The notes under the pieces are model-generated. The model did not search any database and had not been told where the DNA came from. It saw only the letters and a program-made list of their open reading frames with translations. Made by a program: the position numbers and the translations under genes. A stretch of 61,652 bases of DNA, the filler included, from Sluysia triapertura (taxonomy: Eukaryota): the NCBI GenBank assembly GCA_046118255.1. It is 4 parts of 4 records of this genome, joined end to end, with 100 filler letters (N's around TTAATTAATTAA, not from the genome) between each part and the next. Parts side by side here need not be neighbours in the genome. Positions count along the whole stretch, not along the records: positions 1 to 14,898 come from JBJNIA010244986.1; positions 14,999 to 30,289 come from JBJNIA010232121.1; 2 more parts are not named here. One strand, written 5' to 3'. Each line of letters starts with the position of its first letter. Position 1 is the first letter of the stretch. This document shows positions 12,010 to 22,230 of the stretch, one piece after another.

Positions 12010-14898
12010 TATCCAAACACTATATTGCTTTGATTTATCTAACACTTAACCTAGGGCAAAATATTTTTTAGCAGGGTTCGGTTACAGTAAGCGTCTTATA
12101 ACGTATCATTGGCACTCCTGTAACTAATAAGTTAAAGATCACTTAAAAATCAAATAAATTAACTTAGGAGGGTCTTAGAACTACTAAATAAATTAATTTT
12201 TCAAATTCAATAATTTAATAATTAATTAACACAAAAATCAAATTAGTTTATTGGAAAAATATACATAGAATGTTAATAAGCTTAAAGATAATAAGTTATA
12301 AAGATAAAACAAAATAAATATTATTAGAGATTAAAGCTCCGAGAGCGTTTAATCTAATTCTAATAAAAATTTAAGTGGAGTTTACCCCTCAATATATGGA
12401 GGACTTAGAAAACTTTATAAATTAATATATAATTTACGTATATTTTAAAATTTTAACTTCTAAAGTTAAAATCTAACCTAACAAATATATAAGTTACCAG
12501 ACTCCTCGATCGATTGCCAAATTCCAAAATTGTCACAATTTATCTCGAAGACATTAATATCCAACGAATAAAATATTGCAAATGGCGACTAATAAATATG
12601 GCGATTTTCATTGGTTGATGCTAGTTTATATACTAGTCGTCAACCAATGAAAATCGATGGAATGTTCTAAACTATTTTTAGAAGCTTATTTTCTATTTTA
12701 GAAATTTTATTTTCTTTTTTGGAAAATAATTGTTTTTTAAGTAATTTTAAAAATTAATAATTAATTTTATATGCTTTATACAATGCAACGTATAAAATTC
12801 TTAAACCTTAAAGTAACTATAAAAACATAACAACATGATGTTAGGAAGGAATCCATGAGATCTGAAAAGATGAAAATAATAATAATAATGATAATAATAA
12901 TAATATTAAAATTATAAGAAATAATAATTTCTAACCTGTTAATTCTCATGGAATACTTAAATGAATAATATAAATTAAAAGAAATGTTAGTTCACAAAAG
13001 AATAATGTAAGGTTGCTGCAATACAGAACATAGTGGGACTGAATAATAATAATAAAATAATAATAATAATAACCTCTGATTGTTCTAAATTAAAAATAAA
13101 TAAATACTAAACAATTAAATTTTCTTGCTGCAACCTGAAAAAATAATATTATTGTGTAAATAAAAATCACTTATTATCTTTCCGAGATGAGAATCAATAA
13201 AAATTAATTTAATTGTAAAATAAATACATGTAAATAAAAAACAACTAAAAATTACTCTCGAATTTTTATTTCAATTTAGTTGAATAAATAAATAATAAAG
13301 AATTATAAATAAAAATAAATTAGAAATTACTTTGTGTCTTTGAAATAAATTTGTGTTCGAGGATTATCCGTTGGAAAATTAATTTGGATCGAAGGAGTTT
13401 GACGTAACTTCTGATTGACCTGAGTACATTTAATTGGTTTTGTTTTACGAGTGATTCGTCGTACGAAATACTAAACTCAAATTTGAAAATTTTGGTAAAA
13501 CAGTTCCTGATTATCGGATCCATCTTACTTATTCAAGGCCTTAAGACTAAATTAACCTTCTATAATTTAAGAGAGTTTTACAACCATGTTGTAGATTTAA
13601 TGATGCTGAAGATGAAGAATCTTGAAGTATCTTAATTTTTGGTTCTTCATTTTATTTTAATATTTGTGTTTTGTTTTGTTGTTTTATTTTGTTTTTTTCA
13701 TTTTCATATAGTAGTTCATTTAACTAATTTAACTAATAAATTATTGATTGTTATAAAGTTAATAAAGATCGCGGGGAACTTTATTGTAATTTGATTGTTA
13801 AAATGTCAAATAATATAAAAGCTAGATTTTGTGATACTACAAATATCAATATACTAAATGTTAGAAGAGCAATTATTAAAACTTCCGATAAAAGTAAAAT
13901 TAAATAGATGCTAGGATTTTCTCTTATTTTCCTAATCTAACAATTATAATTTTAAACGCGTGTTCATCTGCGGTATACGGTTTATAACATAAAGTAGACG
14001 TATCCACAGAAAATAATTACGAAAGAAATTGCCTTACTCTTGCGAATGAAAATTACTTAATAACAATTACAATAATAATAAATTAGATAATAGAAAAAAC
14101 AATTTTCTGATTGTTAGATATGAGATTTTGGTCTAATACTTGTGTGAAATAAGTAGAATAAAGTAAGTCAAAGATGTGAGTCCACTAACGTATTGGACTT
14201 ACCTGCTAGGGCCAGCCGTTGGATTTTTGTAAGATAAATTTAAAGGAAAGTAAGTCTCTGGAGTACTTTTTTTATCTAGAGGTGAATAGTATTCAAAAGA
14301 TTGTAATTTGAATTACAAAATTAAATAAATCAAATTTAATTATATATTTTTCGCACGATTTCTCTATATGGAATCAAAAGTAGAATTTTACCTGCTAGAA
14401 TTAAATTCTAGTCTCTTGAAAACTAGATGTGAGATTTTAATTGATTTTGCAACTATGTAATTTATGGATTAAAAATTGTAAGAAAAGAAAATTCTTTTAT
14501 TATTTAAATACAAAATATGGTTGAAAAGAATAATGATAAAATTTACATTAACTAACTATCGTTAGTTAGTTATAGTCAGTTATAATATATCAAGTGATTT
14601 ATGAATATCACGTTAATACTGTGACCGAGTTTCATAAATCTGTAAGAAAAATGTGTAAAGTGTACAGAATAAAGATTAAGAAATGGTGAGTCCACCAACG
14701 TATTGGACTTACTGACTTAACGGCCAACCGTTGGATTTATCTGATAATGCAAAGAGGTCAATAATTGTATTTTTTGTCTTGCAAGAAGGTCAAAAAATTT
14801 TATTTAAATTTTTTAAATTAGACAATATTTTAATTCGATTCTATTTTAGAACCGTTAGTGATTTTAATGAGGTTCTTAAACCGAACCTTTAAATTTAT
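12010..14898 (+). mobile_element. Non-coding LTR/leader-like region of a dispersed element family
   Basis: 12030-12780 is collinear with 51470-52930 (ACTTAACC..GGCAAAA..GGTTAC; TCAATATAT.GG.GGA; CCAAT.AAAATCGA; TTTTGGAAAATAA). It holds two copies of hairpin motif A, a long palindrome and a duplicated pseudoknot-like motif. Termini not identified. Confidence 0.5.
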
Positions 14899-14998
14899 NN
14901 NNNNNNNNNNNNNNNNNNNNNNNNNNNNNNNNNNNNNNNNNNTTAATTAATTAANNNNNNNNNNNNNNNNNNNNNNNNNNNNNNNNNNNNNNNNNNNN
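14899..14998. other. Assembly spacer N44-TTAATTAATTAA-N44
   Basis: Identical 100-nt design at three sites; the linker has stops in all frames. Confidence 0.97.
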
Positions 14999-16490
14999 AT
15001 AAAATCATTTGATGTACATCGTTCACGTTAACTTTATGATTATCAGAGTTGCATGTATTTTGATTTAACATCGTTTGTAATTCCTCTTTATTTTTGGTTT
15101 CATCTAAATTATTTAACCTTGGCATCCTATTGGGATTTCTAGTAATATGGGATGATTCATTTATAAATAATTTATAAAACATTTCTTGACTAACAATTAT
15201 TATGTTGAAACTCGCATTAAGCTTTGTCAAATAAACTTTATAATCTAATTTTTTAGATACATCTATCAAAATTCAATCTAATTCTTTAACATCATTTATA
15301 TGCAAATCGTTAGTGTTATTATCTTCGAAGCTTCGAATTGGGTTTCCTACATTATCACTTGACAAAATGTGTTCTTCTAAATTGCGTACAATAAAACACT
15401 TGTTATTGTCTTTGTTATTCTTTAAATACTCATTACTAAAGACTAATAAACTAAATTTATCAAATACATTCTCTGAACATTTATAACTACTTTAATTTAA
15501 TTGATGACAATTTTTACTACCGGACGATTCATTAAATTCACCATTAACTTTAGAAGTAGATAGAATAATGTTTTCAAGCATGTTCGATTGATTCGCCAAA
15601 TCAGGATGTTTGATTATTCCATAATTTTCATATTCATCCCAGTCTCCTGTTTCATCTAAAAAAACTTTCTGGAACTTATTCTGTATGATTCTCTGATTGT
15701 CTGGATTCTTTTTAAACTGGTAATTGTCCCAATTTCGTTTTGAATGAAACTTCTGTTGAGAGTTGCAAACCGCTAATTGTGATTTTTAAAATTATTCAAC
15801 TGTCTGGAATTTTTAATCGAATCTAATTTTGTAAACCGTGATATGAAAAATTTTGCTGTCTGGAATTTTTAATTGTGTCTAATTTTTGTTTTTTATTTTT
15901 AAATCCACCCAATCAGGTTATTAATTAGTGAAATAAACAATGATGATTCTGATTGGGTGGTGTACTAGCAAAAATCAAAATAATTGAAATGCTGATGACT
16001 GATTACTGACCGTCATCAACGTTGACAGCATAATGAAAATGTAAATAGGCTGTCATCGTTGGTGATGGCAGCAACCAGTTTAGACGACAATCATTAATTT
16101 TTATTTATTTCATTTAATTTTTAGGTACCGATTCGATAAAAGTACAATGGAAGTAATAATAATAATAGTAAGGCTGATAAGATTATTATTATTATTCTCG
16201 TTTTTAAAATTTGAAAAAAACATAAATCTTTACAAAACCTTTAACACGAGCTTTCTGTCTATTCTTTTGCTTCTATACATATGAAATAAAAAGGAATAAG
16301 AAGAATGTTGTACTGTGAAGGAACAACAACAACTAAGTGTATAATGTATTATTTGTGGTTGTTGCTTCACAGTATAATAATGAAATCTTTAAAGCTATTC
16401 AAAATCTGGTTTGAAGAATGTAATGGTTTAGGTTGTAAGAAAGTAAGGGATGTTAAAATAATTGTTGAAACTTATTAAAAGGTTTATAGT

Positions 16491-17360
16491 TTGAAACAAG
16501 ATTTATGCATTAATTTTGGTGGCTTCAATATGGTAGCACCAATATTACCATTGAAGGATGGAGTGTTCGGAAAACCCATGGGAGAGGTGATGTATACTTA
16601 CAAATGTAAGAAAGTTACGGTAAAACTATATGATAGTATTGAATGTACAAATGAGTTACCTGTAGAATACAATAATGAAAAACGATATGTAGAACCGGTA
16701 ACTAGAATTATTGTTCCGAGAGAAAATAAGGTCAAAAAACTGGATTGTTCAGTATTAATGTCACTATTGTATAAAATGCATGAGAACTATTGGATTTCTT
16801 TACCATCAAGAATTAGAGTAGAATCTCCCCCAGCTTTAAGTTTAATAGAATTAAAAAAAGGAATTATCTTTCAAACGGAAAATGATATTTTAAAAAGTGG
16901 AATGTATCAAATATCAGATATTAAGAAAGCATGGAATGAGATATTGTTTCCAATTAAAAGAGCACGAATATTAACCGAAATAGTGGATGCTGCATTACCA
17001 AAAGGCTCTAAGGCACCTAATTATGAATTATTACTAACACAAGATCACTTTGAACAGGCAGCGAAACATACTTTACACAAAATTTGGGGAAAATTTGCAG
17101 TAATTGGACAATTCTTTTCAGGGTGCATCGGAATCTATATTGTTATCAAAGCTATTATTATTGTATGCACTCAAGTGTTGTCAACGTATAACATCTATCG
17201 ATTAACCGGCTGTACGTGGAGAATCATCACAGGATTGATTCCCTCCATAGGGCATCATGTGGTGAGTCATGAACATACTCAAGTGATACAAGAACTGTCT
17301 AGCCCAAAAGTACCTAAGAATTATAATAACCACGAGAAATCTGGTGAAAGAAAACGATGA
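16491..17360 (+). CDS. Chuvirus (Jingchuvirales)-like envelope glycoprotein, C-terminal half (endogenous viral element)
   Basis: Ordered motifs GEVMYTYKC, CTNELPV, EPVTRI, DCS, W..LP, GMY...DI...W..I.FP, then W.KF..IGQFFSG.IGIY TM segment and a second hydrophobic helix (GCTWRII..LIPSI). This is the pattern I recall for chuviral G and its retroelement-captured copies. The N-terminal half is absent. Confidence 0.8.
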   Translation: MKQDLCINFGGFNMVAPILPLKDGVFGKPMGEVMYTYKCKKVTVKLYDSIECTNELPVEYNNEKRYVEPVTRIIVPRENKVKKLDCSVLMSLLYKMHENYWISLPSRIRVESPPALSLIELKKGIIFQTENDILKSGMYQISDIKKAWNEILFPIKRARILTEIVDAALPKGSKAPNYELLLTQDHFEQAAKHTLHKIWGKFAVIGQFFSGCIGIYIVIKAIIIVCTQVLSTYNIYRLTGCTWRIITGLIPSIGHHVVSHEHTQVIQELSSPKVPKNYNNHEKSGERKR

Positions 17361-17478
17361 GTCCTTAAATCCGCTGAAAATTGTTGAAGAAATACGACAG
17401 GAAAATAATAAAGACGCCATCAATAGAAAAAACTGTTATTATCTAAAGAAACATTATAATGGTTATAATATCTATTAA

Positions 17479-17730
17479 ACAATATTAGTAAATAAGTACT
17501 CCGTAAAAGGATTAATAGATACTGGATCACAAGTTTCCGCAATGAAAGAAAAGGAAAAGATAATAAGTAATAATGATTGTCTAGAAGGGATAAACGGAGA
17601 ATTAATAAGTGTTAGAAGTCTTTTAGTCGATATGGAAATATTAAATCAAAAGGGAGAACAAGACTTTACGTTTTAGACGAATGCTCAGAAGAAATGGTGA
17701 TTGGTATGGATATACTACAACAATTGAAAG
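17479..17730 (+). pseudogene. Retropepsin (A2 aspartic protease) domain 1
   Basis: ILVNKYSVKGLIDTGSQVS (DTG at 17518-17526) ... one frameshift ... ECSEEMVIGMDILQQL. Confidence 0.85.
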
Positions 17731-17999
17731 ACGTAGTTATACATCCGATTCAAGGATTACTAACATTAGATGAGATGAAAGAAATCGCAACTGAGTTAAA
17801 TATAATTGCTATTAATTCAGACTCTATTGAAAGCTTAGATATGACTGAGAGCGAAATAGACAAAATATTCTCAATGGAAAGTGAAGATAGTTCTGAGACG
17901 GAAAATCTATTTAACACCGCAATTAATACAACACCATCCGATGACATGTTGAACGAGACACCAATAGATGACACAACAAGTAAAATTACATTGGAAGAT

Positions 18000-18318
18000 A
18001 CTACAAGAAGAAGTAATAATCCTAGAGCAAAGGAACGACGAAGAAATAATGAACGTTATCAATAATATAACAAAGAACATCTTTTCTAATTACCAAATCC
18101 AGAATAATGTTTTAAAGTATAAGATGGAAGATAAAGTCCTAACGGTGGTACCTCAGTCGAGGAAAGCGATAATATTAACGAACTACCACCACGGTCAATT
18201 GGGAGGCCACCTTTCAACCAGAAGAACTATTGAAAGAATAAAAAGGAAGTATTACTGGATCAATATGGAATACGAAATCACACAGTGGTGTAAAAATGGT
18301 AAAATGTGTAATTTTTAG
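18000..18318 (+). pseudogene. Ty3/Gypsy-type integrase N-terminal zinc-binding (H2C2) domain with no catalytic core
   Basis: VVPQSRKAIILTNYHHGQLGGHLSTRRTIERIKRKYYWINMEYEITQWCKNGKMC; one expected Cys is Gly. A protease follows directly, not a DDE core. Confidence 0.85.
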
Positions 18319-18429
18319 AATGAAGTAGTAAAGGAACAAGCCAAACAGGAAGGCATACAAGATGATGATACTATGATAATACTATGAAACAAAATTTTAT
18401 ATGGCAAGATATAGAGCCACCTCCTTACA

Positions 18430-18720
18430 GATTGTATCAGGATATCATAATTAATGGAAAGCTAATACAAGGACTAATCGATACAGGTTCAGACGTAAGC
18501 ATCAGACGATATGAAGATATACCAGAACAAGAAAAGATAATGTTATTGGAAGTATTTGAAAAATTTGATGGAGTCGATACATCAACCATGATATTTAACT
18601 GACAGAAAGTAGAAATTAGAATTGAACAGTATAACTTTCACATAGAAATAGCGATAGTACGTAACTGTCCAGAAGAAGTAATAATCGGAATGGACATATT
18701 AGAAAAGTTCCCAGATATAC
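18430..18720 (+). pseudogene. Retropepsin domain 2
   Basis: IIINGKLIQGLIDTGSDVS (DTG 18480-18488), in-frame TGA at 18600, then IVRNCPEEVIIGMDILEKF. Confidence 0.85.
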
Positions 18721-19089
18721 TTATAAAAAAGGATTGAACTAAAAAAGAGGTTAAAGAAACCGAATGTCATAGAAATCTTACCCAATAGAAATCAGCTTAT
18801 CTTTCAAAAAGGAAAAAAGTATAAATACATGTTTAAAGGAAGAGATCAGTACACAGAAATGGAAGATTTATTACAAAGACTAGAAAAGGCTATAAAAAAC
18901 CCGGAGGACATAAACGAATTAGAAAGTCATCAACACTATGATGAATTCACGTAATCCTCTACAATTATATCCAGACTTGAAACATAGACTAAACATAATA
19001 ATACAAAATTGGCCATTTCACCAAATAATTCATATGAATTATTTAGTAATATGGCTGATATGGAAAGAAATTGGTATGGAAAAGCTAAT

Positions 19090-19326
19090 ATGAAAGTCAT
19101 AATGAGAATAGATGGAACGGAACAATAAATAGAAAAGGAATTTCACGTTTGACTGACAGTATCATCTTTACTAGATTTCGTAAAAACGTATTTGAATATA
19201 ACTCAAAAAATAAATTTGAATTATAGAGGAAGAGTATTAGACAGAGATTATGGACTATATTTAATTGATTTTGCATTCCCAATAAACTATCTAATTGACG
19301 ATGACGAAATCACAATTACAATTGGA
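19090..19326 (+). pseudogene. Ubiquitin-like domain copy 1
   Basis: MKVIMRIDGTEQ*IEKEFHV*LTVSSLLDFVKTYLNITQKINLNYRGRVLDRDYGLYLIDFAF...EITITIG follows the beta-grasp pattern (TV..L helix, L.Y.G..L, L.D[FY]); two stops. Confidence 0.6.
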
Positions 19327-19830
19327 AATGATGAAAATAGTAACCCTAAATCTCCTAATGAAGCACAAACATCTTCGGAAAACTGTTGAAAATGGTTGAA
19401 GAAATACGACAAGAAAACAATAAAGACCCCATCAATAGAAAAATCGTAAATCGGGAATTATATCGTGAGGTGTTTAGAGAATTAGCAATAAGTAATCAAC
19501 AACGAGAAAGTTGTTACCTAGGCGAGTACAACCAACTTATCTATTAGACGAAGCATTGAATAACGAGAGAAGAATATTAATGCTTCCTAGAAGAGAACCA
19601 AGTCCACATAAACATGATCATTTATATGAAGAATTAGAAGACGCATTAAAAGAACCAGTAAATTCAATGAGACTAAAAGTAGTAATCGACATTGTTTTAG
19701 AATCAGGGGAATTGTTACATGAATACTCACATCTCAAACACCGACTAAATGAAATTGCACAGTTCTGGATACCTAGTCGAAGGGCAAAAATTTATCAATT
19801 ACTCCGTGATATAAATATGGAGGAAGATTA

Positions 19831-20061
19831 ATTAAGGTAAAAGTGAGAGTGGAAGGACAAAATATGATTCTAGAAAAGAATTTTCGTATTAATATAGATA
19901 TAGACTTGCTAAAATCATTTGTAGAAGCTCGAGCAGGTGTCTCCGGAGAAATAGATATGTATTACAGAGATCGAATTTTGCTGGAAGATACATACCTATT
20001 GGATTATGGATTTCCAATAGATTTTCTAACCGTTCAGGATGAAATTATTGCAATAGTGAAA
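19831..20061 (+). pseudogene. Ubiquitin-like domain copy 2
   Basis: IKVKVRVEGQNMILEKNFRINIDIDLLKSFVEARAGVSGEIDMYYRDRILLEDTYLLDYGF...EIIAIVK aligns with copy 1 and with ubiquitin (LK..V....G; L....L.DY). Confidence 0.65.
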
Positions 20062-20224
20062 AACAATGAAAATGACGGTCCTTATAAAATGAATTGTTTT
20101 AATCATCATTTCGAAATATGGAGAGAAAATGAAATACGAAATCAAAGAAGGGATAGATTTCTACCGCCACGAATAAATGAACATTCCTACATGGCTCAGG
20201 ATAAAGAGAACCATAAGCATACAT

Positions 20225-20480
20225 TTTTATCAACAATTGGATTTAATGGAAATAAATATCGACACAGGCGCGACTCATTCATTTATTAATGTAGAAATAT
20301 TAAATAAAGAAATGATACAAGATATAACTCCACATTTTGGTATCATAACGTCGGTAGTAGGTGAAAAAATAAATTTAATAGGAAAATTAAAATGCGAATA
20401 ACAGTTGCTGGAAGAATAATTACTTGTACTCCAAGAATTATAAAGGATTCTCAATATGACACAGAATTGCTACAGGAATA
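20225..20480 (+). pseudogene. Retropepsin domain 3 (truncated)
   Basis: INIDTGATHSFIN (DTG 20261-20269)...ITSVVGEKINLIGKLKC, frameshift, ITVAGRII. Confidence 0.8.
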
Positions 20481-20559
20481 GAATATACTAGAATGTGACG
20501 ATCTGATAATCCCATGCTTCACTCCTGATTACTAAAACGGTGTATTAGGTTGTGGTAAT

Positions 20560-20830
20560 AAGACTATTCTGCTTATGTTTTCCTAATAATCAGCCACATG
20601 AGTATTTGCAACAAAAGTGTTCGATATCACATAATGCAAATAGTTCAACAAAAGAAAATAGCTTGTTTTATAACAAAGCTTTCAAGTTGTTTGTACAAAG
20701 GTCGTTTAATGATCCCGTGAAATGATTCCACCATCCCATTTGTTTGTGGATAATTCGTGTTATCCAAGTTTTCATCGAATGCTATATTTCGAAATAATCC
20801 ACCATTACAAGTAACTATTATTCAAAATTA
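20560..20830 (-). mobile_element. Retroelement integrase catalytic-core relic, opposite strand
   Basis: Minus strand IIVTCNGGLF...TNYPQTNGMVESFHGIIKR matches the IVTDNG..F / YHPQ.NG.VER.H..IK motifs. Confidence 0.7.
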
Positions 20831-21793
20831 TAGGGGAAATTTTGAATCATACATATTTTACTTGGTTAAATTTATTGTTAAGTACCATAATCATAAAAGG
20901 CCACTATCTGGAATATTATTTAAAAATTTATCTTTAAAAATTGTGTAAATTCATCTCTAATAATAAATAGAGTATTTATAGTTCTTTCATTTTTAAACTG
21001 ATTTTACATTTTATATTATGATTCATGTAATGGTTTAATGATTCTATCTATAGTTTTTCTTAAGTTCAATAACTTTTTTAAAATTGTTTTTTTAATTTAT
21101 GCCCGGCTTAAGGCCATATGAACATAAAAGCATTAGTAATGATTCAATAAAAATAACTAGTTAACTTTATAACAAATAACATTTGTAGCACTGATCAGTT
21201 TGACCAGCATTAACACCGACACACATTAACATTTTCTAAACATGTTTCAACACAAAAAAACATGATCATAACGCGGTATCGGAAAAAAGCTATACAATCA
21301 TAACAATCACCCAAGGTACTAAAATTTTTGCAATTGGTCAAATTTATCAAAACGACTAAATAAATCATTTAATAATGTTATAACTTGTGGAGCAGATGTA
21401 CGTCATTCATTTGAATGTGATTATATTCAAATAATGTTGCCACTTGCGAAGCAGCTTTGTGCACTTCAAAATTACATTTAAATAAAATAAAATCACTTAT
21501 TAAACTAATTAACCATAATGTCCTTTGACCAAAACAAATCGTTCAAGGCTTATTTCAATAACAGCATAATGATGTGAACAAACTTTATTACTTTCTATTT
21601 CTAAATAAGCCAAGAACGTTGCTAAAAACACAACTAGAAACTTGAAGATTTAACAATATAGAACTAAATATTAAATAAATGAATCATAATGTTGATGTGA
21701 AATAAAATGTTATTTGATATAAATTATGGAGGGTGGGTTTCATAATATTTTATTAAATTATTTGTATTAGTTGTTATTGAAATATTAACTTTA

Positions 21794-22230
21794 TCAATTA
21801 ATAAGGCTCTTTAAAACAATAAAAAATTCAGTAAACGATGAACTAAATAAATAAAACATTTTTATATTAACAACAAAATGTTTATCTAATAACAAGTTAA
21901 ATGTTACTATACAAGCTAAAAGAATAAGAATAAAAATTAACCAATTGAATTTTTTTGTTTTAAACAAAGATTGACGATCCACACCTTTATTACTTAGACG
22001 TGGATGACAATGATTTTCATCATATTCCTTATCCTCGAAACAGAATGGATATTCATCGCAGCGTTGTTCACGAGTAAAACAAAAATCGCAGGATTTCTCA
22101 TTACAATTTAGAGTAGCTTCACTAAAAATCATATAAACATTTGTAGGCACATTGTAATTAATGGGTTTTTCTTCATACACAATAAATGTTGTGCTTGTAA
22201 AGGAAGAAGCATACTTGCCGTAGATTTACT
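21794..22230 (-). CDS. LDL-receptor class A repeat plus transmembrane segment (exon or pseudogene fragment)
   Basis: CNEKSCDFCFTREQRCDEYPFCFEDKEYDENHC followed by hydrophobic WLIFILILLACIVTFNLLL. Upstream exons could not be reconstructed. Confidence 0.55.

Larger units (their letters stand above)
16380..20480 (+). mobile_element. Decayed LTR-retroelement-like polyprotein: glycoprotein, protease, integrase Zn finger, protease, 2x(helical+UBL), protease
   Basis: Continuous A-rich plus-strand coding signal broken by stops and frameshifts; domains are listed separately below. No RT/RNase H or LTRs recognised. Confidence 0.8.

Noticed and set aside
13320-13523. Small antisense ORF resembling 24541-24740 (FTKIFK/FTEIFK)
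   Set aside because: Similarity is limited to F/K/I-rich words expected in AT-rich DNA.
14943-14954. TTAATTAATTAA palindrome inside N runs (also 30334-30345, 49136-49147)
   Set aside because: Artificial contig linker; the ORF 14943..15269 running through Ns is partly artefactual.
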